45,998 nt of DNA, filler included, from Sphacelaria rigidula (GCA_964200075.2; 2 parts of 2 records of this genome joined end to end with filler, not necessarily neighbours in it); one strand, 5' to 3'. Numbered from the whole stretch's first letter, positions 1 to 12,910 are shown. Made by a program: numbers and translations. Notes: a model not told the origin generated them from the letters alone.

Positions 1-2886
1 AACCCCATCGGGGGTCCGCCCCTACAAAGCAGGGACGGAGCACGCCGGGTTCTCGCCGGACCAGGCTAAAGGGGGGTGGGTGGGGGGGGTATGACGTAAG
101 TTGTTTACATTGAGAGTACTCCTTGTGTCTTGTGCAAGTCGGTGTTTGCCTTGTTCTATCTTGTGTTTCCTGTGGCTCCAAAAAATGTGCCGTCACTGGA
201 GTACACAGTGAGTGAATTTCTTGGGCAAATCTTGCATGAGGTATACTCACGTTGTGCTACCGAAACGATCACATATCTAATGATTTGTAACGCTTGCCTG
301 CGAGAGGATCGCCTTACGTTCAGCGCGACATACGGCGAGTATCTAGTTCCAGCATCCCTACCCAGAATTTGTTTGTACACACCTACCGTAGAACCACCCC
401 TACCCGTGCATAGCCCTTGCGTCGCTCCCGAGGGAGTACACGAAACCGGCGGCTATCATCTCACGCTCGCAAACCTGTCCTTCCGCGGTGAAAGCTACAC
501 ACAGCGCAATCAGCGAAATTGGTTGTGCAGCTTCTAGGGTCCACCCATGAACACGGAGTCAGCTACGAGTACGATGCTCAAACGGCACCGTGGGAGACAC
601 GCTCGTTGAGGTTCGCACATCTTCACCCTTCCCCTGTCTGAAAGACACGAGTGCCTGCGGGAAACCTCGGTGTAGCCTCCACTACGCCAGACAGCGCTCA
701 TTTATGGCTGTCCCGTGGCACCATCCGACAGTAAAAAAAACATCCAAAAGCACCACAGAAACAACGGTGCGGAGATGAATGGACCAATGAATACATCCAT
801 GTCCCAATAACACCCTCCCGGAACTGCGAACAAATCCCGGGTAGCCTGAAACGTTTGTCGAGAAATTTCACAGCATTACGTGTCTGCTTCTGCGTTAGTC
901 CGGGAATCCGACAGCTAGCTCCAACATCCAGGACGTTCTACTTGCGGTGGAAAGAAACGTGCGGACCCCCCTCATGCTGGTCGATAGGATGTGCGGGATA
1001 TCACGCACTACACGGCGCGCGCGGTACGCCCTCATCTTGACCATCACGACGAAATATTCGGAGACACACAAGCCCCTTTGAATATATTTCTCTCTGTATA
1101 TATGCGTGTGTATATACATACACGCCTCCTCTGTCCCGTACGCCAAGTCCGCTATGGGATGCAGAACACATCTCCCCAACGAAGGTGCCTAAGATGCTAC
1201 GGTTGAGTTCGTTGAAAAGATTATATAACGGGAATGCTCGTGGGGAGAAGAAGAAAAATCGGGGGCATACTGAGAATGTTTAGGACAAAATTGCCCATAT
1301 GATGGAAATATTTGGGAAACTCTTCGGAATTTTTCACCACCAATTTCGGAAGTGTCCACTTTTGTCTTGGACATTTCGACGTGTAATCGCCCACTACCTA
1401 CCACAACCGCGATGGACTCCCCCGTGCACAAACCCCGATGCCGTAAACGGGGCTGAAGAACAATTTGGCCGCCGTTACGCCACGGCGGTAGTTATAGCGC
1501 TGGCCACCCCGCCAGGCAACTCAAGGAGAAGACCATTTGAGGTTCGCTCACCGAGCGCTACAACGTTGGTCCCGAGCACCGGACAAGACTTTGGAAAAGC
1601 TGCAACGCTGCAATGCTCAGAGATAGCACCGGGGAGCTCAACCTCTTATGATACTAACGTCGGAGTGGGCGGCAGTCGCTCCTCACTCCAACAAGAGCGT
1701 TTCTCTTGACGTTTTTCCCAGCGTTTTCTCCCCTCCTCAGATGAGGGTGAGGAACGGCCATTTTCGGGCCGACTATTTAGTTTTCGGCCGTTCGTTTGTC
1801 AACATAAGGTACTGTAGTGCGAGAAGAAGAAGATGTTTCAACTAAACAAACGTCGACTAAGCATATTTTCGTCGAACTCATGGGACACCGTCAAGGGCCC
1901 ACGTGAACAGAACAGAAATTATTGAGGAGTCTATTCTAAGATGAAGAGTGCTGTGGGTCGACTATTCCGTTTCGACAGAAGAAGCCCCTCCTCCTCCCTC
2001 TCGACGTCGTACGCGCACACCAAATCGTTCATGCCACGGGGTGTACACGAAGTGGAAGGAGTGAAACCTAGGGCACACCGTGTACAACATCCCGAAACGC
2101 GATATATGCAGTAACGTCAGCCACGGCGAACAATCAACGAGTCCGGACGCGAACTCAAGCCAGACAGTGCGAAAACAACGCTGGAAAGGGCAAATTGCCA
2201 CCGGTCGACGGGTGTCATATTTTCCAGCTTGGGGGCCTCGCTAAATGTGTTCCTGTGAGGGCAAATTCGACAGGGGGGTACTTAGAATCCACGCACTATA
2301 ACAGTACTGGGGTACAGGCTCTTGAACCTCTCTCCAGCATTGACACCAAGTTCTGCATTTTCGATATTCAGAACGGCTGCACTTTAAACCGAACAATTCG
2401 GACGATCCAACGCCAACATATAGCACCGCCACTAGGATTGTGTATCGGTTTCGTCGATAGCCTCTCGAGTAGTGCATTCACATTCACAATTAGTAGCAGT
2501 GCCGTTTGGTGCCGACCCATGAGTAACCCCCCTTCTACGAGTAAAGATCCTGGCGAACCAGCAACGCACGATGGTGGGGACAGGTGCCACAAACATGCCA
2601 TTGTGGGGAGTCCGGTCCCAAAAGGGTTGGTGCGATTTACAATGGTCACAATATTAGCATATTCTATCGTTGTTTCACCAGGCTTCCGCCATGTATCGCA
2701 CCTCCCTCGTCCATCACTTCAGTGATTGATTGATGATTAGCCCTTGGGTTGTCCAGAAAAGGCGTAAGTAAACGAGTCATTACTCGTGATACAACAGTGG
2801 ATGACTCGAGCAAACGAGGCATGCCATTTGAAAAAGTAAATGGCTCGAGCAAGCGACTTAGTAGATCGTGGTGGACAATATTAATA

Positions 2887-3292
2887 GGGCGAGCACTCGA
2901 GTCATTGCTCGTTATGGACGAAAGCTCAATGGGGCGAACACTCGAGTCATTGCTCGTTGTGGGAGAAAATAATGGGGTGGATACTCGAGTCATTGCTCGT
3001 TGTGGAAAAAAAATAATAGGGCAAGCACTCGAGTCATTGCTTGTTGTAGAAAAACAATAAGAGGGCGAGCACTCGAGTCATTGCTCGTTGTGGAGAAAAA
3101 ATGATGGGGCGAGCACTCAGCCATTGCTTGTTGTGGAAAAAAAATAAAAGGGCGAGCACTCGAGTCACTGCTCATTGTGGAAAAAATGATGGGGCGAACA
3201 CTCGTGTCATTGCTCGTTGTGGAAAAAAAATCATAGGGCAAGCACTCGAGTCACTGCTCGTTGTGGGAAAAATTAATAGGGCGAGCACTCGT
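2887..3292. repeat. Minisatellite, about 9.5 copies of a 41-45 bp unit
   Basis: Unit approximately GGGCGAGCACTCGAGTCATTGCTCGTTGTGG(A)nTAAT; more degenerate copies upstream to about 2770. Confidence 0.95.
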
Positions 3293-4095
3293 TTCGACGA
3301 GTAATGATTCGTCCGACATGTGAAATGTTGGTACGAGTTGACCGGGGGACAGGAAAGTTGAACTGGTGCGGTGATTGAAAGTACACCAGTAAGATCGCTG
3401 GCTTTTTTTTATCTTCGAGACTGCGACGCATCCTGCAGGGTGTGAAAAAAATGAAAGCACGTAAGCGAGAGATAACTCTCTCCTGCAGCTAGTAACGCAG
3501 TAGCTTGCGGAGGCCGTCATTCTGTTTTCGTGGTTTCCGGTGGACGCGTGGATTTTGCTTTCCACGACCGAAAACGGGTGGAGGGGGAAGTGTCTGAAGT
3601 GAGAGATATGCCACCCCGTATGAGCCATGCCAAGGTAGGGTTGCAAAAAATATTTCTCAAGGTCGAGTTTTTGGGGGCTCTTTATTTAATCCAAAAAACG
3701 ACTCACGACTCACGACTCACGACTCACGAAATAATTGAGAGCACACCACGATTTGCATTTCAATGGGCTCGGGATATCTCCGATGAATGTTCGAACGGAA
3801 ATGTTCTGATCCATAATCTAGAGTAGCTGCTAAACTCAGGAGTCCCTCAATGGAAAATACTTGGGGCCAGATGTGTAACCTCTACCGCGGCATGGCTCCG
3901 GCTGAATCGATAATACCCGCTATCTATTGTTTTCCATTTTCACTCATAAGTGCTAGCACTGATGGAAAGTGGTGAAAGGAACACGCCGTTCACAGGAACA
4001 GTCAATTTGAGGTGAAAACCCTACCGTATCTGGTCGGGGATTCCAAAGCACGCTTCTACGGCTATACCGTACTGTGCGCCTGAACAAAGAGTATT

Positions 4096-4540
4096 TATTC
4101 ATTTTGAAATTTCTTCGAAATTGGCGATTTTCTTACTAGCAGGCTCTCTTGCTTGCCACCGCTTATCACATTGGGGATCTGAAGATACTTGTCTTCGCTC
4201 CACATGTCAAGAAGAAAAAAAATGTACTCAATGTTGAGTGACCCACGGGCTGACCGATCATCGGGGTCCTGACACGTTTCAGCCCAGATTCTGACTATTC
4301 GGTATTTTATCTGTTGATCGAGCCTGTCCCGATCGTGTTTGTGAAGAAATGTGCAGGTTCGTTTTTCTTCAATTCTACCTACCCATTGCACTAGAGCCAA
4401 CAAACTGTGCTTAACGGTCAATAACACCCTCCTCATAAACGAGGTATCTACTCGTGTCGCTCGATAAAGCCAACCGACACCAACTTGGGCACTGGGGGGG
4501 AAGACGACCTGTCAGTTTCATCAAAATATACGGACGCCAG
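4096..4540. repeat. Dispersed repeat family X, uninterrupted copy
   Basis: Its reverse complement aligns by eye to 16445-16753 plus 19615-19751. Confidence 0.85.
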
Positions 4541-6836
4541 CACTTTGGAGTTCCATCGAAAAGTAGTCGCAAGAAAAAAAAACTCCTGAACAAAAATATT
4601 TCAAGCGCCAAGTGCTATAGCGCGATCAATAGTTTGAAACGTGAAAAAAGATGGCATACAATTTGTCCACCCGAACGGTCCTAATTGGTTCGATCAGTCG
4701 AAGTTAACATAGAGCAGGGAAGTGGGGGCTGGGTTCTCGTATGACCCCCAACGATCTGTTAGCCCGACGGCATTCAAAGTTGAATATAGGGGGAAAAGGT
4801 ATCGGGACTTTCTGTCGGGTACCAATGTGCATATATCCTCCAACTTGGGTAAAAAATATTCGTTCTGATGAGTCCATGTGTCCGAAGAATTGCGATGAAG
4901 CTATTCCCAACAAAAATCCAAAATTCAAACGGTGCTTGCTGTAAGTACGATCTGCCTTACGCACTCGCCTGTCGCCCACACACGATAGATGGGATTTGCC
5001 GATAGAAATCAACCTCGACAAAATATACGACTTCACCGGCGTAGTACACACGTCAACGGTAAAATTAAAACATCACCCCGAACTGGACCAACTCTCAGAC
5101 TTCATCGTTGTGTATGCTGCAGTACACCTACTATTATTGGCGCAACGGAGCCCACCTCGACTCGACCTCCGCCTGACCCCGAACGGGGAGACACAACAGC
5201 AAACACGAAACACAGCGTCGTCGCGCAACATAATGTTGTGGATAAAATTGGAGGTCCAACCACAGCGTGGTCCCCAACACAGCAGTGCCCCACTTCGGGC
5301 ATACAAATATCGCCAGTCATCAGTGCAAAACCGCTGCAGTCTCCTTGAGGAACTGCACATGCCGAAGGTCAGGGGTCCCGCCACACACGCGATACAACAC
5401 GGTCATGCAGGGCTGGCGACCCATACCGCAGCCGCGTGACGGGATCCCTACTTCATAGGACAAACGCTCCACCCTGGATCAGCGCTCAAGCCCTCCCCCC
5501 CCCCTCAATGTACGTACGGTCCCATCAAACAACTGGTCATGTTCAAAATCCAGATACAACGGGGACCCCTCTTAGCCGACCTGGCACACAAGTGAAACAT
5601 TATTGAACACCAACATAGAGCGCCGCTCACCAAAGAATATACCCATCAAAATTTCTCTCGTGGTAGCTGCTGATCGAAAGCAGCGTAGCTACTGCTGTGG
5701 CCTGCTCTGCCTCCCACAACACAAACTGCGGCGACGTACGCACGGTGTCTAGAAGGAAAGAAGCACCCCAACAGTGCAACGGACGCAATAATGATGTTTG
5801 TTCAAACACGCGTGTTTTCGCCTAGAAGACGCAGCATCTTGCCACCAAACAGGTGGCTCTAGGAGAGGTACCCATGAGTAGCTAAGAGGCAAAATCGAAC
5901 CTTCGGAACAACCCTCTCCCGAACACCGCTGCTGCGCTCACGACAAAATACTATGGTCAAAGGAACAGGGTCTGGCAGAAAAAGCGACCATGTCCATGAC
6001 TCGCTCAAGTCACCCGTATCCGTGGGGCCACACAAAACGAAGTTGTAGCGCCAAGCTTGACTCCAGGTGCATCAAGTTATGAACACGCGCAGCTGTGTCC
6101 GTGCACCACAACCGCCGGCTATATACAACCTTAATCTACCTTCTTAGACAAGAAAACAACACGGCACTCACCAGTCGCCCAACACCACACAGCATTAGAT
6201 ATGCCCCATGACGAGATACACCATTGGCTACACAAGATTCATCTACTCCTCTCGGAACGACAGACACGGCACTCAGCTTACACCACCATCCAATATAGCG
6301 AACATCATGCTTAACAAAAAAAAAATCCCTGGTTATACAACCTGAATCTACCTTCCTCGATGCTACGGGCATGGGTTGATCTTTTGAGACAGACTATGGG
6401 CTCGTCCCGAGGAAGGGAACGGGATCAAAGAATGATAAATTAAAAAAATGCAGGGAGGAAAAAAAAACGACGCCTCCGTCGCCATCACCCATACAGCAAC
6501 AAAGCACCTCGCACACAAAGCCCCTCGTTGATTCCTCCCGTGCATCAGTACCCTGTGTCGAATGACCCTATTGCCCCGCATGGCAAGAAACGTTTGTTAT
6601 CACCCATTTCCGACCCGGGGCGCTCTCGACATCTCACAGTGACCATTTCATCACTGCTGGTATCTCTACCCCCGTCGACGAGCGGCCTCCCTCCTAGTAG
6701 CCGTTATATCTACATTCAAATGCACTGGAAAAAAAATACTAAACCTCCCGTGCTTGCCCTGTGGCCATACCGCTAGTCGTACCTCCAATACTAAAAACAG
6801 TCACCATATTCACGATTCCAAATCACGTCAATTTGA

Positions 6837-7272
6837 TCAGCGGTGGGATTCGGCCGCGTGTCTGACAAATGCCTGTGCCAAAGATCCCAAAATATTTCCC
6901 CCTCTACCAGCGGCGGCGTTGCCGTTAGCACCACCAGTACCCGCTGCGGCAAAAGCACGCACAGCCGAGAGGGCCGTACCTACAATCCTCTCACTGCGTA
7001 TAACGCTCTCCCCGTGCATCTCAGAGTCGCCGCCGTGCTTCAAGCCCAAGCCAGGAGGCATGTGTCGGACTAAATCGCCGCGGTGTTCGATCCTGCGGTG
7101 CTCGATGGCGTACACCTGCCTGGCCCTCTCGTATCGCGCAATGTCTGCGGCGCAGAGAACCCGCGGCGCGTTGAAAGTCATGATTGAGACCCGAGAGAGG
7201 TTGGCGTCGCTTTCCCTGCTGTCTTCTCCGCATGCGAGGAGTGCAGCGGCTAGCTGGGCGATCGCGCCTCCC
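6837..7272 (-). CDS. Lipase terminal exon (GGAIAQLAA, TFNAPRV, GDLVRHMPP, stop TGA)
   Basis: Acceptor with T-rich tract (aatgacAG); completes GHSR-GG; ends at the ORF-track stop at 6837. Confidence 0.88.
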
Positions 7273-10200
7273 CTGTCATTTGAAAAGAAAAGAAAAAGCG
7301 ACGTCAGATTTTTTCAGTAGAGTAAACCGACGTTGGGCTACGATATGTCCATGGTTGATATTACTTGATTTGAGTGTGAACAACGAGAATCAGATCTTCA
7401 GTGGGGCTGACAGTCTCGTATGCTCTTCGCGTGCGCAGAACGCGTTTTCGTTCGAATCGGCGCCACAGGCGCCGACTTGGGGTCTACCAAGGCCGCACTT
7501 GGCCTAGGAAATCCCATGTACCTTCCTTGCACGAGGGTTCTCGGTATGCCTTGGGTTAAGATTAGGGTTAGGGGTAGCGATAGTTGTCAAATGTGTCAAC
7601 CATGGACATATCGTAGCCCAACGCCCGTTAACCCACCTTGATATTTTGTCCAGATTGCTCTGGAAGTTGTTCGTTTTGGCTGCTTACAAGCTGACAAAAC
7701 CTGCGACCAGGCGTGGAGCAGTGTCCAGCCTACCAAAAAGCGAAAAACACAATTTGCCTTTTCGAAGAATTCACGAAACAAACCATCATCTCGCGGAAAA
7801 GTAGGATCCTATGTTGCCGTCGGAACAGAGTAACTTCGCATCGTATGAGGACATAGAGGTACATTCCTACTTTTTGTTACACGGACCAGGGGAAGGGGGG
7901 GGGACTCGGGTTTCTCCTGCACCTGCTGTGTCCAGTAAGCCAAACTTGGCGCCCGGCGTCCAGCGATCGGGATATAGTCTCTCCCATGGTGGAGGGTGGG
8001 CCACCGTCGCACACTCCATCGCCGGGTCGATGCCAAATCTGCGCAACAGAAAAGCAACGCGGTATCCCAGAAGCAAGCTAGAGGTAAGGTGAGGTGCAGT
8101 ACAGGCTGGGTGGGCTGCCTAAGAAGTGCACTTTCCTTCAGCCGGTTCTAACTGACGACTTTTATCGCGAGTTGTGCCTACTAGACACATCGTGGTAATT
8201 TGCAAATCAACGCACGTCTTTCACTTCACGTAGCACTGCTATCTGACAAGTTCCCATCAAACGAAATACCAAACTCTAGTTAGCTGCGGAGTGTAGAGAG
8301 TTGAGGGTGTCATGTGCGGCGGAATGAGGGGGGGGAAACCCGGCTGAAATCGCATTTACGGTCACAGTCGGCTGTGCCACGGCCGCAAAGTGACGGTGCT
8401 GCACTAGTTGTGGTTGTGCAGCAATGCACGTCGTACTGTAAGGCGCGCAGGGTCTGAGATGGCACTCAGACGAGACCTCCAGTGACCCAGGGCGTCGGGT
8501 TGGTAGAAAACGTCAAAGTTCCGGCTGAGGTTGTTGTTGTCTAAAAGCAAGTGAACCGGTTCTTGACAGAAAAACGCGATTTCACTGCTCAATTTTCAAG
8601 TCGTTTTCCATGAAATTTCGGCACGATGCACACTAGGTACATGTGAAGCCCCTACCGTTTTCCCTTCCTTCATTTATTTTTTTCCTCGTGAGTTATTGGT
8701 GATCTAAATATCGGAACAACTTTTCCTGATACGAAGGCGTCGACAACTCATTAAAAAAAAAAACTGTCAAGGGGGGACAAAAGGGACTTCACAACATACC
8801 TCATGCGCATCGCGTCAGATTTTCGTGGAAAAATACTTGAAATTGAACAGCATAACCGCGGTTCATTTTTTCGTGGCTGGTCCATCTCTACATAGGAACC
8901 GGTCTTCGACCCGAGCACGCGATTTAGCAGCTCAATTTTGGGTCGTTTTCTATGAAAGTTTGACACGATGTACAGGATGTATGTGCAAAGACTCCACCTT
9001 TTACCCCCTACATTTTTTCTTCTTTCCGTGAGTTATTGGCGACCAAATATTTCACAACAGTTTTTTTCGGAACAAAATCGTGAATGACTCCCGAAAAAAC
9101 AAGAAAAAATGTAGGGAGCAGAAGATGAAGCTTTCGTACATACGCCCTGTACATCGTGTCGAACGTTCATAGAGAACAACCCCAAATTGAGTTTTGCTAA
9201 ATCGCGTGTTCACATCCCTGACCGCGTCTTGGGTGGCCCAGCTTGTAGGCAATCCACAACCGGGGACTTAGGAACATAATTTGTGGCGAAATGAAGGCAG
9301 GAAGGAGCACGCTGAACAAGTGGTGAGACGAAAACATATGCGTGTTCTCCATCGCCGTTCAAGATAAATATACACATCAGGATCGCCCATGACCAGCGAT
9401 TCCGACCGAGCGGCTTGAGTGATGGCGAACAAGAGGGTGCCTACCGTTGCACCGTTCTCCCTCTCTACCCTCCCTTTGGAGACTAAATACCATCAGGTGC
9501 CACCGCCAGTATTTCCAAGCACAGAGGAACAGATCCCGCACAAAGGACACTAGACCGCTGTCCTACACTGAAGTTCGTGCAAGGATGGTGCAATATATTA
9601 CGCTGCACGGGGCCCTGTTGTGCTGCGCTGTTCTGGGCTATGCTTCGCCCTACTACGGAATGTACGCCACTCGACACATAATCTGTCCTACCCTACCGCA
9701 ATCTGTTGTGCTGTACTCTGTGTTGTGTGTCACCCTCCCATCTATTCTGAACGTCAGTTCACACCTGTCGATATACATGGGCGCATCAGGCGGGGTCACA
9801 CAGGAGGAAGGCCAACACAGGAGATTTTTCTTTTTCATTCTGTTTTTAGTGCTCCCACCTCCCTTCTGCGGTTATCACCTTACTTTTTATCGCGAGAGGG
9901 GTTCAGCAGCCCCCTCGTCGACCGCGAAGTCGAATTTTATATAAATACGACTTCAGGTGTCACTCTCCACTCTTGGGCATCGTGTGAGAAAAACTCCCAG
10001 ATCGTACGACTTCACCGAGATTCGAACTCACGACCCAACTGTCACAAGTTTCGAGGCTAACAATTGAGCCACCGGTATGACTGCTCTACTCTGCCCCAAC
10101 TGTGAGCCTTACTACGCCCCGTCATCAAACATCACCTTCTGAACGGCATCCACAAAGGGGGCGAACCCTGTCAGTCCTTCCACACACATGAAGGGCTCTC

Positions 10201-12082
10201 CCGCCAGTGCCCCAGGATACGAGAGCCACTCCGGCGTGCCCACTGTCCCGCGGAACGACACAAGAAGGACCTCGAATCCGGGTGCCACGGTCAGCGCGGC
10301 GGTGAACGCCGAGAAGCCTCGATGTTCAAAGATTGCTGGCCACGTCTGTAGGATCGCCGCGTATGACTGTGTTGCCTCGGCTACGAGCTCATGTACGCTT
10401 TCGAGGTACGAAGCCTTGGAAAGGCGCCTGCACAATTGCCGCTTGGGATCCTCCGGCTCCTGGGTCTCCTGCGGCGGCAGCATCTGTGGCGGATGCATCT
10501 GCTGCGGCGGCTGCACCTGCATGGCGGCGTTGTACTGTGCGGGGTGATACCTGGAAGTGGTGACGGTGATGGGAAAAGGTATTGAGCGAATGGCCGTTGT
10601 GATGGCTCAACTTTGGCAACGAAAAACGCTGTAGTTCACATGGGACTTTGTTAAGCCTAGTTCTGGAATATGACACGAAATTATGGCGCGCAGAAGGGGA
10701 ATATCGAGACAATGAAGACGATAAAGCGTTTCTCGTAGCCGGTGGTGTAGACGAAGCGACATATGGCCTACGAGCGCAAAAACAGGCGGTTTCGTTCTTG
10801 CTCTTCACCTCAAATGCGAATATCGAGTCGAGCGAACTTCCACTGTACGCGTAAATTTCGCGAGGTCTTTTCGACGTCCTCGTTTCCCCCCAAACCCGAT
10901 TGCCTGGGTCTACAGTCTACCTGCTTATATCATGACCAAGCCATCGACCTGTTCTACAATGCACTTTTGGTAGCTCGCCGTCGACGAAAAGCACTGTATT
11001 GTGAGCACATGGTGTCTCGAAGAAACTAAGGTCGAACATGAAAAAAAATGGATACGGCGGGTCATGAAGGCCGCGCCTCTCGCGGTTTTAGATCAGTGGA
11101 GGGTACAGTAGTGCTCAAGCGTGTCATCTTTACTGCAGCAACGCTCGTGTAATTTACAGGGTGTGCACTCCGCACCCGCTGCCATTGCGGTTAAAGGTCG
11201 ACCGTGGGAAAATATTAAAAAAATCTTTTCTCGCGACCGATCGTAACACACCATCTTGAAATTCAAACACTGGCGTCATGTTTTTGGGCATACGCACCAC
11301 CGACCCTGGCGAAATGTTCTAGAGCCGTCTTCCGGAACGCGGGGGCGCAAGTTTCATCATGACTAGGACTATCGAGCAAAGTACCGCTCCGTTGCCTACA
11401 AAACCCAATCCATTCACTCAAGTGCGCCAGCATGCGGGTGACTTGACGCATACGCCATGCTTAGGACTACCGACGACCGCTTTTAAAAACCCAGACGTTT
11501 GTATTCAATGAGGTTAGGCATGCGCGGGCGGTCAAGTTTGCTGCTCCAAAATACACCCAACGAACACACAGTATTCCATCTGGAGGGAGAGGGTCGCATG
11601 CGAGGGCGCGCAAAAAAAAAAAGGTAACCTGGTTACCTCGCTTACGCAATGAGTGGCGTGTTTCATAGCGTCATCGCCAACTGACGCCAACCCCATAGGG
11701 GGTCCGCCCCCTGCAAATCCGGGACGGAGCACGCCGGGTTCTCGCCGGACCAGGCTGACTGGAGAGAGGGGGGGGGGGCGTACTCATGTGTTGCTTGCCT
11801 TAGTCGTCTGACCATTGACCACGCATCCCTTTCGAGACGGAGCACCGGGGGGGCGTACTCATTTATTGCTTGCCTCAGTCGTTCGACCATTGACCACGCA
11901 TTCCTTTCGAGACGGAGCACCATCTGGAGGAGGGGATCTACAGGACAGCATAGCTGGGAAAACACAACGTGGAATATTCTCGTGAGGTCACAACTTCACC
12001 CGTCATCTTCGCCATCACGCTCGACACAGCACCGTTGCCCAGAACTCGACTTCACACGAGCGTTCTGGGATATGGGTGACAT
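6837..12082 (-). CDS. Class-3 lipase (Lipase_3, alpha/beta hydrolase), spliced: join(12082..12000, 10550..10136, 8038..7923, 7272..6837), about 349 aa
   Basis: All introns are GT-AG and the phases join (2, 0, 2); exon lengths 83+415+116+436=1050 nt. Class-3 lipase motifs occur in order: LLVSFRGT, GF..FVDAVQKIW, VWLTGHSRGGAIAQLAA (GxSxG), TFNAPRV, RIEHRGDLVRHMPP, C-terminal His. The start codon is uncertain: an AG acceptor at 12151-12152 suggests an upstream exon. Confidence 0.85.
7923..8038 (-). CDS. Lipase exon ending in VWLTGHS (catalytic Ser)
   Basis: Pyrimidine tract plus gcAG acceptor, donor AG|GTgcag; reads IWHRPGDG...GRQVWLTGHS in a frame missing from the ORF track. Confidence 0.85.
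8574..9210. repeat. Fold-back repeat in a lipase intron: direct copy (8574-8730) plus inverted pair (about 8915-9040 / 9085-9210)
   Basis: Shared sequence CGCGATTT...CTCAATTT...GACACGATGTACA...CATTTTTTCTT. Confidence 0.85.
9720..10075 (-). mobile_element. tRNA-derived SINE-like element in a lipase intron
   Basis: Minus-strand head ccggTGGCTCAATTGttag (A box)...gaGTTCGAATCtc (B box); the body recurs at about 17306-17436 plus 18551-18645. The 3' boundary is approximate. Confidence 0.75.
10136..10550 (-). CDS. Lipase exon (Gln/Pro-rich linker, LLVSFRGT)
   Basis: Acceptor ttccAG, donor AAG|GTgatg; contains the FRGT motif typical of Lipase_3. Confidence 0.85.
11587..11921. repeat. Dispersed repeat family Y with two tandem 75-bp units
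   Basis: Units at about 11772-11846 and 11847-11921; a module at 11689-11757 also matches 1-67; bracketed by CCATCTGGAGG at 11576 and 11920. Confidence 0.8.
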
Positions 12083-12150
12083 CTGGATGGCCGGATCTGA
12101 AGACTTGCGTTCGCTTGCGCGAGGCCTGAGCTTCAGCGTTCCAGTAGATG
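12000..12150 (-). CDS. Lipase upstream exon (MSPISQNARV...CCVERDGEDDG; candidate ATG at 12082)
   Basis: Acceptor ccgcAG and donor GTgaag; the phase-2 end (gg) joins the g-TAT start of the 10550 exon in frame. Confidence 0.55.
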
Positions 12151-12460
12151 CTGCGGGTACGTACGGGTACCGGACTTCGCCCATTCGAAATCCACCTGGT
12201 AGACCCGTGGCATATTGTGTGTGTATGTGTGTATATTTATTTGGGGGATGTAAACTTCAATCCAGTCCAGTCCAGTCCTGCGCCGTACCCACCGTGCGAC
12301 GTACTACAGTAAAGTTAGATGCAGAATTGAGACCCGATTAGAACCAGCCATGGTCTACAAACATGGTGTCAAGAAAGGCAAAAAACAAAGGCTTCTCAAC
12401 TCCATGATTTTTGGTTTGTGGCAGGAAGTCCCCCTCTCCCCCTCCCCTCCCCCCCTCCCT

Positions 12461-12530
12461 CCGTCTCGACAGGGATCCGTGGTCAATGGTCAAACGACTA
12501 TGGCAAGCAATAAATGAGTACGCCCGCCTC
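12461..12530. repeat. Family Y unit, inverted
   Basis: CCGTCTCGA...GTGGTCAATGGTC...ATGAGTACGCCC is the reverse complement of the 11847-11921 unit. Confidence 0.85.
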
Positions 12531-12910
12531 CCCCCCTCTTCGTTCGAAAAAGAGCCACAGCAGCACAAGAAAACAAAGCATCAACAGCCAAAAAAGGTTT
12601 GACCACCGTCGTAATTGCTTCGACAACTCATCTCCGCCTACACGACCCCTTCGGTGATCATACCAACCCGCGGTAGCACAATGGCATGGACGCGACACGG
12701 GGAGGGGGGGGGGGTTGACGGTAAACGACTAGTGGGAGTACCTTGAAATGGCCGGCGTTGATGTTCGAAAAGCGTGATGCCCCGATTTGGCCATCACAGC
12801 CCGTTGATCATTTCCCTCTTACCTCTGACGTCATCTCGACTTTCTGGCACACAAGGCACATGCAATCATACTCTAACGTCGTTCGTCAGTATGTGTCACC
12901 GGGATGATAC

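Noticed and set aside
2887-3292. CRISPR-like array (palindromic repeat of about 30 bp)
   Set aside because: The intervening sequences are only 10-15 bp of mutually similar A-rich DNA, there are no cas genes, and the context is eukaryotic; it is a minisatellite.
4700-5460. Cluster of overlapping 100-150 aa ORFs, possible retroelement remnant
   Set aside because: No reverse transcriptase, RNase H, integrase or other motif was recognisable.
7552-7576. Telomere-like TTAGGG units (also CCCTAA near 33463)
   Set aside because: Only about two units; too short to call an interstitial telomere.
10005-10075. tRNA gene
   Set aside because: A and B boxes are present, but I see no convincing acceptor stem or cloverleaf, and it is attached to a repeated body; treated as a SINE head.
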